Origin: a virus
UHGV virus genome: UHGV-1372970
DNA length: 64,000 nucleotides
Strand: one strand, 5' to 3'
In this document: one piece after another, positions 1 through 12,400 of the stretch
Layout of the letters: each line of letters opens with the position of its first letter
Position numbering within the stretch: the first letter of the stretch is position 1
Translations under genes and position numbers: made by a program
Notes under the pieces: generated by a model
Told to the model about the DNA's origin: nothing
Databases searched by the model: none
The model's input: only the letters and a program-made list of their open reading frames with translations

Positions 1-3000
1 ACTTGGTCACAGCAGCGCCCTGGGATGTGATATCAGTACCGTTCTTTTCAACGGTAGAGTTCAGTGTCTGAATCGCAGACGCGTTGGCGTCGGACAGCTC
101 CTGAGTATTGTAGGCGTCGGTCACTTCCGTGAGCACAATGTTGTCAATCAGGAACGAATCACCGGCTTTAACCGTTGATACGTTCGGCACTGAAATTCGA
201 GCCATAGCCTGCTTTACGCCGCTCTTGGTCAGCTTAAGATAGCCAGAGACTTTAGTCCATGATGTCGCGGAAAGGTCTTTTACTGCCTTTGTCAGCGATG
301 GCCATTGCCAGGAGTCATCCTGATACTGAACAGACAGACCGACAGTGATTTGGGTGTTCGCGGCCATATTCGCTTTATTCGCGTCAAGCTTCACCCAATA
401 TTCGAGATAGAAGACTGCATTATCTCTGACCTGGAAACTGCCGAAGATATGGTTGTCGCTGTTATCTGTAGAATTAGGGTTGTAGTCATTCGGGCGAGTA
501 ACTCGAATGCACTTGCCACCACCCTGCGCGTCATCCGTGGTGACGATTACGCGGTTGTTCGACAGATTATAGCCATTGCTATAACTCTCAAATGTCCCAT
601 CAGGCAAAATGTTGGCGCCACGCTTTGACTGCTGATTCAGAGAGCTATTGAGAGATGTAATCGCGTCACTATTGCTTGAGACCCCATTCTCCGTATTGGT
701 CACGCGAGTGGTCAGCCCATTAAGCGCCGTCGTGTCCGCTTTCTTAGCAACGTCGCCTTTGACGGTATTGACAGTATTATTCAGGGTTGTGAGTGAACTA
801 CCCTGGCTGGTCAGCGTCTTGCCCTGCTCTACGACCGTATTCTGCAACGTCTGCAACGCAGAAGCGTCTGCCTTCTTCGACACGTCGGTCTTCGTAGACG
901 TCAGGTCGTTCTGTAGCTTAGTGATCGACGTTCCCTGAGAACTAATCGTGTCACCTTGCTTGGTCACTTTCGTGGACAGATCGCTCAACGCGCTGGCCGT
1001 CGCATCATTATTGACTGCGTCAGTAATATCGAACACTTGGAATGAATCGATCCAGATTTCCGCATTACTTGGATGGCAGTAGATGCCAAAGGCCTGGCCA
1101 TCCGCACCAGTGCTCGGGGAGAAGGGTGTATCCCATGTGATAGTCTGCCAGTCGCTCGTCAGCGTGACGTTTTTATCTTCGTAATTACCCTCGACAGACC
1201 CGTTAAAGTTCCAGCGGCGCAGAAGCATGTTCATCGAGCCTGAAACACCCTTGGCGCGAACGATATAGCGGAATTTGCGAGAACCATTTACCGGGACAGG
1301 TTTTTTACGGTTAGCAAAAAGCCCCGGAGATGTAGAGTTCACTCTGACCATGCGGACGCCGGAGGAATTTTCACCATAGGCGCCAAATTCTACGAGGCTT
1401 CCGGTCGGGACACTGTTCTTCTGAGTGCCAAATGCTGAGCCGTCACCGATGAGATCAGCATCCTGAACCAGATTATCGCCCATGTTCAGCATGGCATTGA
1501 CGTTGTTGTTCAGGCTAGTAATAGAATCGCCGGCTGAACTGATGTCCTTACCCTGCTGTGTAACGGTATTTTGAAGCGATGACAGCGCGGCTGCGTCAGC
1601 CTTCTTAGCTACATTTGCGTCGGTCGTCTTGAGGCTGTTCTCAAGGCTAGTGGCACGGCTACCAACACTGGTCAGATCCTTGCCTTGCTGGGTTACGGTA
1701 TTCTGCAGCGATGATAAAGCTGTGGCATCCGCTTTCTTTGCAACGTTGGCATTGGTGGTGCTCAGGTTGTTCTGCAGGCTTGTAATGCTGCTTGAGGCTG
1801 AAGCAATGTCTTTGCCCTGCTGGGTAACCGTATTTTGCAGTGTCTGGAGAGCTGCGGCGTCCGCTTTTTTCGCGACGTTCGCGTTGGTCGTGTCCAGATT
1901 GTTTTTCAGATCCGTAATGCTGGTGGACTGCGACGCAATGTCTTTACCCTGCTGGGTTACGGTATTCTGAATAGATGACAACGCAGATGCATTGGCGTCG
2001 ATATTGACGCTATCTGTCACATCGATGACATAGAAATCATCAAAGTAGCGGTTTCCTGCCGTCAGATAGTTGTTAAGCGTCACCGGCAAACTAGCCGTCT
2101 CGGTCGCCTTCCAGCGTCGGCTGAATTTAGTCCAGTCACCGGATACGCCGGTAAATGGCAACTCGAACACCGGATTGCCGGCGCTGCTGCCTACACGGAG
2201 TTTGTTATTTCCACTGCCATTATCCGTCGTGCCTGAAATCTGCTTAACCCATACCCCGATCTCATAAGTGCGGTCTTTGACGAAATCAATATTCTGACCC
2301 GGCGCGATGCTGCCCGGATCGATCTTCAATGCGCGAGTACCAGTATGCGGGGATTGAACCTCAACAACCGTGCTCTTAGAGCCAACGCCGATATACCCAT
2401 CAAATCCACGCTCAAAAGATGGGTTTACAATAAGGTTGTTTGGAGTCTTCGCAGAAGCATCAGAATCGGCAATTGCGTTACTCAGTGAGTTATTCAGCTG
2501 GACGATGCTGTCTGCCTGACTGGACACCTTGCCCTCGGTTGCGCTAACACGAGATGTCAGATCATTGACCGCCGTCGCGTCGGCTTTCTTCGCAACATTG
2601 CTGTTTGTCGTATCAAGAGACGTTTTGAGGTTAGTGATACTGCTATTCGCGGCGGAAATATCTTTACCCTGTTGCGTCACTGTTCCCTGCAGTGCGGTCA
2701 GCGCTGTCTGGTCGGCCTTTTTACCAACATTGGCGTTGGTGGTGCTCAGGTCATTTTGCAGTTTGGTGATCGACTGACCCTGGGTGGATATATTCGAACC
2801 CTGTTGATCCACTGACGTCTTCAGAGTCTGCAATGCAGAAGCGTCAGCTTTACCCTTCAGCGAAGATTTAAGACCAGTGATATCCGACGCCATCGCGCTG
2901 TCCTGAGTGTTCAGGGTGTCGAGCGACTTGTTGATGTTGGAAACGCTGTCGTTAACTTTCGTTTCAAGAGACTGACGGGCCGCTGCTTCTGCTTTATCAG

Positions 3001-6000
3001 CAGTCACGCGAGCCTGTTGCTCCTGGAAAATCAGACCAGAGCCGACTTTAGCCAGGTCACTCCCTTCGTAAGACCCGCGCATCTGGACAGCCAGAGTGTT
3101 TCGGCTCGCAGCTTCAGCAGCATCAGCGTCAACACGAGCGGCCTTTTCTTCCTGCAGAGCGGCCATGCCAGCGCCAGGGGTCGGGCGACCTACCGCAATC
3201 CAGTCAATCAGAAGATAGTTAGCATCATTCTGACCTTTCAAAAAATCGAGACGGAGACGGCGAATGGTCGTGGAGGAACGCCAGTCGATGTCGTGGAGAG
3301 ACAGCGTGGCAATGCCATTTGCATCATACTCAGGCTCATCGAAAGAGATAGAACGCGAATCGGACCACCCCTGCTCAGACGCACCAATCCAGTACAACTT
3401 ACCAGCCCATACTGGATTACCGACCTTCTTAATACGCAGTTTGATGAAGCGATAAGCGTTAGCGTCAATGGCCATGTTGTTCGGCGAACGGCACGAAGAT
3501 GTGCTGTTCGCGGACTTCAGCCAGCCATCGCTGGTCACGTTCATCGGCACGCTACTGCCATCGTCTTCAGTCCAGCCTTCGTTATTGGTATCGAAATACC
3601 AGATGTTCAGACTATCAAATTGCTCACCGGTGCCGGCCGCGATCTGAGAGATCTGTTGCGCCATCGACTCATTCGCTGTCTGCATTTGAGTGGAGAGATT
3701 ACTAATCTCAGACTGGCGGTTGTTTTTCTCCTGCAACAACCCATCAGCTCGAGCGCGAGCCTCGCTTTCCATGTCCGCAATTCGACTTGATGTTTCAGCC
3801 GTGATGGCATTTGCCGTCTTCGTATCCAGAGTAGAAACGGCGGTCGCTCGGTCGCTGACTTCTTTCTCGATTTTGGCATTGAGAGAGGTAGCGGAGTCGC
3901 TAATAGCTTTAGCTCGGTTACTAGCCTCAACTGCTACAGAGTCAGAAATGGCAGAGGCGCGGGCAATGGCCTCATCAGACACCGCTTTAGCTCGCGCTGA
4001 GGCCTCGTCTGAAATTGCTTTGTTACGAGCGTCAGCCTCACCAGAGATTGCAGCAGCGCGGGCGGTTGCTTCGTCTGAAACAGCCTTAATCCTTGCAGAC
4101 GTCTCATTAGAAACAGCCTGAGCACGTTTACTGGCCTCGTCCGCCACTGCACTTGCTCGATCCGTTATCTCTTTGTTGATCGCGGAGTTCAGCGTTTTTT
4201 TCGCATCACTGATCGCATTGGCGGACTCAGTACGAGCGTCATTAACCTGGGAAGTTGCCTGGCTTTTGGCTTCGTCGATTGCGGCGTCAACCTCAACGGC
4301 AACAGCCTTGCTGTCTATGTCAGCAATCAGATCCTTGCCCAGCTCTGACTCCGTGATTTTGTTCTTCAGGAACGAAAGTACATCACGCGTCGTTGCGGTT
4401 GTTGCAAGAGACGAGTTTAGAGCGCTGAGCATCCCGCGTTTGTTGGCTGCGCGTACCCAATAATACCAGGTGGCAGAATCTTCAAGACCGTTATGGCTAA
4501 ACGTCGTCCCGCTAACTTTTGCGATGACCTGAGCTTTTGCCTTATCGTTAATCTTGGACGCCAGCACCTCAATGTGGTCTAAGTCCACAGAAGACGGGTT
4601 GATCCAATTCAAAACGATTGAACGGTAGTCGCCTACAGCGGTCAAGCCAGTAGGTGCAGCTGGAGCTGACAGTGTGCCAAGCACTTTGTAGGTGATGCTG
4701 ATAGGATCAGTCTTCCTGCCCCCAACGGAAACAGCGTACACCTGAAAATCGTACTGCCCGTCTTCAGCGACATCACGGAGTTCGAATTGCTCTTCAGTGA
4801 CGCGCTGGGATTGCCAGTTAGAAACGTTACCAGCGTCAGAGCGGCGCCAGCTGACATAATACTGTGCTGATTTCCCCTGCCACGCGGCAGTTAACGATAC
4901 GGACAAGTTGCCCGGAGAAGACAGGTAAGTACCTTCTGTCACTGTCAGACCGGACGGCTTTGAGAAAGTCGGATCGAGGACAGTTGTATTTTGCGGGATC
5001 AGCTGTGCGCCGTTGTCGATGGCTTCGTATTTGGTCGGATTGTTCTGGATGGCCGTAATGTTAAACGACGTCCCGTCCGTGCCTTCAGCAACGCTCACGA
5101 CGCGTGCCTGAAGCGGAACCAGATCAGGTTGTGCGATTACCCATACAGCATCAGCAACGGGCGTTTCTGCCGATGTGAGGGCGGTTTTAAACGTCACAGT
5201 GGAAACATTCTTACCATTTTCCAGAATGTCACGCTCAACCATCTTACCCTCTGAACTCAGGAAGGTGATGTGATTTCCGACGGACGTCAAATCTACAGGC
5301 GAATCCAGCTTAACGCTGTTAGCAGTATATCCAGTGATTCGGCCGCTGTTGCGTCTTCCAGCACGGAATTTATCAGCGATAAGAACCACATCACCAGGCA
5401 TCAGGAATACTGAATCCATGCCTACAGAGTAAGTGATAACATCGGACTCCATGCGGGACGTGTAAAGCGTCCAGAGACCAACACGGTGAGCCTGGCCCCG
5501 TGAAGTACAACCAAAGGCGACGGATTCGGTTTTACGGATGCCGTATCGCTTAATTGCCTCCTGGTCTTCAACGTACTCTACACTTTGCTTGTAGCCATCT
5601 TCCTTGTTGTTGTAGGTGATGAGTGCAACGGAATAGCGGTCTTTTCGGGCCGAGCCTTTGTAGACGAAAGAGCCGTTAACCACGTTGCTGTTAGAGAACA
5701 GCATCACCGGGTCAGCTGGGGAATCCTGCGTGACGTGAACCATGCCACCAGCCCAATAAACCATGCCACGGAATGCCCCTGCGATGTCCTGCACGACGCG
5801 ATAAGCATCTTGGCGACTGGTAATCTGGGTGTTGATAGCGAAACGCTTCTCTTGGCTACCGAAGCCATCATCAACGAACGCATCACAGTAGCGGCCGATC
5901 TGATACAACTCGCCAATGTTTATCATTGACTCTTTAACGAACTCGCCTAAGCCATAACGGGTATTCGTTAACAGGTCAAAAAGGATCCATGCCGGGTTAG

Positions 6001-6920
6001 AAGTTGATGCCAGCTTAAACGTGCCATCCCAATTGCCGTCGTAGGTATTGGTGTCAGCGTTGTAGTTTGACGGTACGCGGATCTTCATACCTTTAATCAG
6101 GTATGAACGAGTCGGCATAGACGAGCCGAATTGCTCTGAGTTGATTTTCAGGCCAGCCAGAACAGAGTTCGGATAGTTCAGGCTGGTGTTGACGATTTCA
6201 CCAATAGAATCGATGTAGGTGTCGTCGTACAAATAGCTGTCGTCTTTATGGTCTTCGGTCAGACGAATTGCACGCAACGTGTAGGATTTGGCCGGCTTCG
6301 GCAAATCAAACACATAGCTGCGGTAATAAACGCCTGTCTTTTTGGCGGTCAAAGTAATGATCGACGCGTCTTCGCCTTCGGCTATCGCATCAACAAAACC
6401 TTTTCCATTTCCCGAATCAATCTGGAATTTGTACTGAACGGTTGTGCCGTTTGTATCTCCGTTTTTCTTGTCGATTTTGCGAAGTGACGGGAATTTCATA
6501 ACAACGCGAACACGATCGCTGTCAGCGGAGTCCAGAGAAACGTTAACCTGGCTCGTTTGCTTCAGCTGCATCCCAACCGACTTTGGCGTCTCGATGAAGT
6601 CGAAGCCATCGATAACAGTCTGATCCTGAGAGCCGTCCCGGAACCACCAGGTCACACCGCTGAAGTTATAGGAACCGTCAGCGTTCTGAAGCGGCGTGTC
6701 GTTCAGGAAAATGGATTTCGCACCATCAACCAGACCACCGACAACACCCTCCCCCAATAAATCCAGTACAGAAGCCATAGCACGGCTATTTACCGTGTCA
6801 TTGGCCTCTACTGGCGTTCTTGCGCTACCGCCTCCTTTACTTCCACCACGGCCTGAGATAATCAGACCATGAGCGACGAGTTGAGAAAGACGGGATTTTT
6901 TAAAAACTGAAGCTTCCATG
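1..6920 (-). CDS. Central tail fibre / host-specificity protein, lambda gpJ-like. Partial: the C-terminus lies beyond the window start.
   Basis: Minus-strand ATG at 6920 gives MEASVFKKSRLSQLVAHGLIISGRGGSKGGGSARTPVEANDTV... and GEGVVGGLVDGAKSIFLNDTP, which matches the lambda J N-terminus (GPIEGPVDGLKSVLLNSTP). No minus ORF with an in-window stop is listed in this interval, consistent with one very long frame running off the edge. Plus-strand ORFs here are antisense artefacts. Confidence 0.8.
1540..2000 (-). repeat. Four tandem copies of a roughly 132-bp (44-codon) unit inside the J-like gene. Related units occur near 700-1000 and 2530-2960.
   Basis: The motif ct(t)t(a/g)ccctgctgggt(t/a)acggtatt(c/t)tg recurs at about 1546, 1678, 1810 and 1942, an exact 132-nt spacing. 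Translated on the minus strand it gives ...LQNTVTQQGKDI..ANVAKKADAAAL... Confidence 0.8.
3900..4150 (-). repeat. Ala-rich roughly 30-bp (10-codon) tandem repeats inside the J-like gene.
   Basis: The unit gcctc(a/g)tc(a/t)ga(a/c)a...gc recurs at about 3971, 4001, 4031, 4060 and 4090. Confidence 0.6.
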
Positions 6921-6930
6921 CATCCCACCG

Positions 6931-7542
6931 TTAAATCTGGTCAATCGTGATAGAGGAACTTGCGATCTGAGAACCAACGAGAATTTCTTCGCCGTAGTTC
7001 AGCTGGACCGGGTTTCCTTGGTTAGTTGTGTTTTGTGGCCCGTCGAAATAGAACGAGTCGGAGTTATCCGCCTGTCTTACTTCCGGGTTTTTGGCTTGAG
7101 GCGAGAGGATTTGGGCAAGGCCACCCATCATCAAACTCATACCGGCGCCGATTAGCGCTGTTGATGTGCCAGCAGTAATCCCCGAGGCTAATGCGCCAAC
7201 GGCAACCATCACCGCGCCTACCACGACCTGCACATAGCCAAGAGCGTTCCCGCCTCGTCCTTTCGGGATAGGTGTAATGCGGATCTTCTCAACGTCTTTA
7301 CTCGCGCCGCGCATCATGTATTCGGTTTCGTCAACCGACCATGTGACGCCGCTTTTAGTGGTGATCTGAACGTGATAGCGGTCGTAGGCATTAGCGTTGC
7401 GACGAATCCAGGCGCCAAGGCCCGGCTTATTTGCGTCAATCAGATTGATGGCTTGCGCGGCATTGGACGCGCGAAGATGCCAGTGACGGCCGAAACGCTT
7501 TGCCAGCGCTCCGCCGAGCTGAACATGAACTAATTCAGACAT
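6931..7542 (-). CDS. Tail assembly protein, lambda gpI-like.
   Basis: 203 aa. Sits between the K-like and J-like genes. Has a Gly/Ala-rich hydrophobic core typical of gpI. Confidence 0.7.
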   Translation of the reverse strand: MSELVHVQLGGALAKRFGRHWHLRASNAAQAINLIDANKPGLGAWIRRNANAYDRYHVQITTKSGVTWSVDETEYMMRGASKDVEKIRITPIPKGRGGNALGYVQVVVGAVMVAVGALASGITAGTSTALIGAGMSLMMGGLAQILSPQAKNPEVRQADNSDSFYFDGPQNTTNQGNPVQLNYGEEILVGSQIASSSITIDQI

Positions 7543-8363
7543 TTTTCATTCCCTGTTAATAACGCCTGATGGCGCAAATGATGCGTCGTATTTTTCTGAT
7601 ACATGCCGCCGTAGGTGGCGTGGCCACTTAAACGGTCAATCTGGTGATGCAGGATCCGGTTGTCACCGACATAAACAGCGCAGTGATCTGGCATCTTTCC
7701 GTACTGGATAAAGAAGATGTCGCCTTTCCGCGGCTCTTCCCTAGGCGCCAGGCGGACGAGATTTTCGTTGCGATAATTCAGATCGAGAATGTCTTCGTCG
7801 CCCAGATACCATGACGGAATATGCAGGTGGGCATTGGCATTAATCTCGACGTCGAACTCTCGCTTCAGGTAGTCACGACACAGCATCCAGCAATCGAAAA
7901 TGCCAAAGACATAAGGGCGACCGGTGTACGGCATCTCGAAACCACCCGGCGTAATTACTTCCATCTCGCTTAAACGGAACTCGGCCTCAATGTCCGGGTT
8001 CAGGTTCTTTGTGACGGAAAGAATTAGCCATGGCAGTTCAGTCGCTTCGCAGCCGGCACGATCAGCGTCCGAGGGATTCGGGGAACGGTCAGTGTGGCTA
8101 TGCCAGATTGCAACAACCTCACCTTCGTCTTCAGCAGCAATCACATCTTCGTGATGCATAACGAACTCATTGACCGGGTCTTCAGAGACGTTTCTCGCTT
8201 CAATAAAGCGATACTTTTTCTCCGTCGTCTGGACAATGAAACCGCACGCTTCATTCGGGTAACGGGCAATTGCGCACTGATACAGCGACTGCGTGAACAG
8301 TGAGCCGCCGATCGATTCAATATCACGAAACACGAGTGGCCCCCGGAAACCCGCCAAACGCAA
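7530..8363 (-). CDS. Tail assembly protein, lambda gpK-like (NlpC/P60 plus JAB/MPN domains).
   Basis: Cys-His NlpC/P60-like segment (CWMLCRDYL). JAB/MPN motif (EGEVVAIWHSHTDRSPNPSDAD). Position between the L-like and I-like genes. Confidence 0.75.
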   Translation of the reverse strand: MRLAGFRGPLVFRDIESIGGSLFTQSLYQCAIARYPNEACGFIVQTTEKKYRFIEARNVSEDPVNEFVMHHEDVIAAEDEGEVVAIWHSHTDRSPNPSDADRAGCEATELPWLILSVTKNLNPDIEAEFRLSEMEVITPGGFEMPYTGRPYVFGIFDCWMLCRDYLKREFDVEINANAHLHIPSWYLGDEDILDLNYRNENLVRLAPREEPRKGDIFFIQYGKMPDHCAVYVGDNRILHHQIDRLSGHATYGGMYQKNTTHHLRHQALLTGNEKCLN

Positions 8364-9027
8364 TCACCCCGTTGGCAAAGAAGTTCTTCCTTGCCTTGCA
8401 CGCATCCAGTCGCTTAGTGCAGTAGTCGTCGCTCAACTTAGAGGTTTGATTGTTGTCCTTGTCGAAATACGGACCGCTGTACCCACACTCCGCGCCACGA
8501 TAATTCCACGGGCAGCTGTTTTTGATGATCTGACGCGCGGGCAGCTGAACCCCCATCAGGTCAAAAACACTGGATAGCTCAAATTCAACGCTCTCTTTGG
8601 TTTCTAACGTCTTCTGTTCCACGAACCATATTTCGTCCGGGAAGTGCTGAGAGGCGTCGGCGGTGGGGTTTCCAGCAGTAAAGTTAGAAGCATCAAGAAA
8701 ACGCACCAGCGTGCGCCGGCGAGTGATGGTGCAACCAACCAGATCATCATTTGCGAGAACTTCGGCCGAGATTGCGCCCCCATAGTTAGAGACAACAAGC
8801 TTCGGTCGGGGCAATGTCCCGGAGCCTGTTTTATCGAAACCGCTGGCTTTAATCGGCCACGGCTTATACTCGACCCCCTGCCAGATTACAGACGTGCCGA
8901 GTTTGTTCGTTCCTGCGTGGAAGAAGCTCTTCCCGCCTGAAGTTGTCACGGCCATATCAAGCTCAAAAAGCTCGATAACCGCGGAGGGTGACAACCCTTG
9001 AATTTCCGTGCGAATACTCATACTCAT
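8323..9027 (-). CDS. Minor tail protein, lambda gpL-like.
   Basis: 234 aa. C-terminal 4-Cys cluster (CPWNYRGAECGY...C...C) typical of the gpL Fe-S motif. Synteny between the M-like and K-like genes. Confidence 0.75.
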   Translation of the reverse strand: MSMSIRTEIQGLSPSAVIELFELDMAVTTSGGKSFFHAGTNKLGTSVIWQGVEYKPWPIKASGFDKTGSGTLPRPKLVVSNYGGAISAEVLANDDLVGCTITRRRTLVRFLDASNFTAGNPTADASQHFPDEIWFVEQKTLETKESVEFELSSVFDLMGVQLPARQIIKNSCPWNYRGAECGYSGPYFDKDNNQTSKLSDDYCTKRLDACKARKNFFANGVIAFGGFPGATRVS

Positions 9028-9075
9028 CCTTGAGTGCGAAACAAAACCTTATATTAATAAGTAAACACTTACTTA

Positions 9076-9411
9076 TCAAGCCTCAAAAACTTGTCTAAGG
9101 GTACAAGTGATCTCCAAGTACCCTGGATACCGCTTAACAGTATGGGAATCACACACGCAGATAATTTTTTTATTGCGGGGTGTTGTCCAGAAGAACGACT
9201 CTACCGCCCCTCGCGCCATCAAGAAATCGTCAATGGCATTGCCGATCGCGTAAGGCTGTCGGAAGGTCAGAGACCATTCTTCTTTTATGCGGTTTAAACC
9301 CTGTGACTGGCGCTGCTCGTAGTCGTCGCCAAATTTCAGGACAGTAACTTCAGGCTTTATGGTTTTCTCAGACTCGAAGTCAGGGAACCAGGTGAATGTT
9401 TGTCTAGCCAT
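9076..9411 (-). CDS. Minor tail protein, lambda gpM-like.
   Basis: 111 aa, immediately downstream of the tape-measure gene. Called by synteny and size. Confidence 0.6.
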   Translation of the reverse strand: MARQTFTWFPDFESEKTIKPEVTVLKFGDDYEQRQSQGLNRIKEEWSLTFRQPYAIGNAIDDFLMARGAVESFFWTTPRNKKIICVCDSHTVKRYPGYLEITCTLRQVFEA

Positions 9412-9457
9412 TTCTCTTCCTTGAGAAACTGCCTACGTCCTGTAGGCAGTATTTTTG

Positions 9458-12400
9458 TTATCGGTTGCCGTTGGTGTTCTTATTGAGAGAACCACCGGGG
9501 CGCTTTTCTTGGGTGATCGTGTCGAGGACAATATTCTTAATCCTCTGAGCCGCATCATTCCAACCGCTACTGTCGCTGTCTGAGCCAGACGTTGAGCTGG
9601 AACCATCAGAATTAACGCTGATATTGATAGCGACTGGCGCCACTGTTGAACCGCCTGTCATTCCGCCGGTCATAGTTACAGGAATAGAGCGACCGTCTGG
9701 CAGCGGAACATACGCCTCGTTCTGACGACCTTCACCAAACAGAGCGAGTTGAGGTGTGGTGGCAATACCGCCCTTGGAGTAAGTTTTTAATGGAACCACT
9801 CCTTTTGGCCCAAAAATCCCTCCATTTGCGTGAGCCACTGCACCACCGCTGCCTCCGCTACCACCGCTGTCACTGCCACCACTATTGGCCATGCTGCCCG
9901 CCCAAACGGACGTTGCCGCCGAGACCATGGACATACCGAAGTTAAGCCAGCGCCCCTTTGTCGAGTTCGACCCTGCCCCCATCGACGCAAATACAGCGGC
10001 CAGGCCACCAGCTACCGACGACAGATTGTTCATGCTCAGGATATTTGAGCTGATCGCTTTCGTCTGATTGCCGGTCGCAGTGCCGAGACCAAACAGTGAC
10101 TTCGTTGAATCCCAGGCGCTGGAAACCATGCCAGACAATCCGCTGTTTGCGTTTTCCGTCGCCGTGCTCATTTGACTCATGCCGACGCTGGTCTCTTTCG
10201 CTGACTGACCGATCGACTTGTCGCCATTATTCACACTAGACTTGCCACCACCGGCCACAAGACTAACGCCCTGATTCAGCATTGCTCCCGCGACATTTCC
10301 GGTGCTGCCCGTACCGTTAGTCCCCATCCCCATCATGTTCATGATCGGCGCAGTAATCTGGGACTTCACGATGATGCTTGCAATGTCTTTGACAATGGAA
10401 CGAGCAAAATCACTGAAGCTAGCTTTCCCGTCCATAATGAAACTGGTGATAGTGTCCGTCATGCTGGAGAAGGCGTTACTCCAGACACCTTCGATCTGCC
10501 CTGCGACATCTTCATATTCCAGAGCCATCTTCTGTGTTTCAGTGCCAAACTGCTCAACGAATGCCCGGTTCCCGCCTTCCTGCATGGCCTTCAGGCTGCG
10601 CTGATACACGTCTTTCATTACATCAGACTGAGTTGTTGCAATGTAGCTCTGTAACGTATTGATATCGCGCTTATAGTCCTCCTGCCACTTCGCCATCGTC
10701 GCCTGGCGATTTGCGCCATCATACGAAGACATAATCCCGCTAGTGGTCGTGGTGAACTTGGACACCGTTTGCTCTGCAGAATCACGGTCAAGACGCTGAG
10801 AGTAGTCAGACGCATTGGCCTTGATGAAGTCGCGATCGCGGATCATCTGTTGCTTCTGATCAGCCGAGAACCGGGAACCTTCCGGTAACGACTTGCCGTT
10901 GATATCCTGATCTTTCAGCGCGTTGTCGATTTGAGTCAGCGTCTTTTTGACCGATTCATCAAACCCTGCGCTTGCCTTTGACGTAAGACCTAATTGCCCA
11001 GCCAATTCGTTTGCGCTAGAAACGACCTGCTGGTTCGCCTTTGCCACAATTGCATCAATACTTTGCTGCTTAGAGGCGGCGATATTGGCGCTCTGGAGAC
11101 GCTTATTAGCGGCCGCTTGGTCTGCTTTAACAGCATCAGCAAGGCCTTTTTTAATCGACTTCTGCTCTGAATTACTCAGCTCTTCAAATTTCTTGCCACC
11201 AACAGCTGATAGATAACGCTGGTTAACGCTCATCTGGTTCTGGCCGGAAATAACATTCCCGAGTAGGTCGCGCAGCGCGGCGCCGGTGTCCGAGTTGACG
11301 AAGTCGCCGACTTTCTTACCTGCGTTATCAGTGATCAGCTTAATACGGTCGCCGGTTTTCGTCTGCGTGCTCAATTTTGGCGTGTCGCCAGTCATTGAAC
11401 CTTTTGCACGGTCAACGTCCGCCTGTGCCATCTTGATCTGATTGTCGTTTAGATCGTTAATCTGGCGTGACAGAGCAACATTCTTAGTGTCGAGTGTTTT
11501 TTTCTGCTCGGCAGTAAGATTGCTGGCCTTTAGCTGGTCTTCGACAGACTTTTTCTGGTCTTGGAGATTTTGCTCCAGAGTCTGATAACCCGCTAAACGC
11601 TTGTCCATTGCAGCAGCAAGCTTCTTCTGACGCTCGGCGTTCAGGTTCTCAAGTTTTGCAGCCCGCTGATCAGCGCTTAATGACTTATCAGTCTCAATAT
11701 CCTTGTAGCGATCTCGATAATCCTTGGCGGAATTGGAAAAAGACGCCGCGTCCTTGGTGAACTGATTATCAATATCTCTCAACGACGACTGGATATTTCG
11801 GCTTATCTCTTTACTGGCTACGGCAACAACCGCTCCGCCCATCGCATTCTGAATATCCTGACGGTTCCCCTGGATATCTTTCAGCCCAGCATTGATATTG
11901 TCGATGTTGAATTTCTCACCCTTCGACATTTCTTTTTGCTGTTCTGGTGTAGCCGACATGTAAATGCTACGACGACGCTTTAAATCGGCCTCGTCCTGAT
12001 CCAGCTGATTCAGTCGAGCGTTAAGCGCAGCCTGTTCCTGCTTACCCATCGCTTCCGGGACGGCTTTGATTTTCTCCAACGCATCCCCGGCTTTCTCTGC
12101 GACACTCTCAAACGTCGTCGCCAGAAGCGCTACAACCGCAACAACTGCAGTAATCCCGATAATGATTGGGTTGAACTGCAATGTTGCTGTGAAAGCCAGC
12201 CATGCTGTTTTTGCGCCACGAATCGCTTCAGTCACATTAATGACTGCAGCCGCAAACAATCCAATGTTACGGATATCCTGAACAATTCGTCCAGTGACAG
12301 AAAGAAAGCCACCAACCGCTTTGGTTGCAATACCCAAGGATTTATTCAGCGAAGAGAACATCCCCAGAGCTGTGCCGAGAGTTCCGGTAATGACCGTGCT

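Noticed and set aside
305-6760. Numerous plus-strand ORFs (for example 305..628, 1629..1970, 3017..3790, 5585..5929).
   Set aside because: They lie antisense to the single long J-like reading frame. Their low-complexity, repeat-derived sequences (for example SLPCWVTVFC repeats) are reverse-frame artefacts of the tandem repeats.
8094-8577. Plus-strand ORFs 8094..8303 and 8293..8577, and minus ORF 8141..8401, inside the K/L tail genes. Similar small ORFs sit inside the tape-measure, portal and TerL genes.
   Set aside because: They are embedded in out-of-frame or antisense positions of strongly supported structural genes and have no independent signals.
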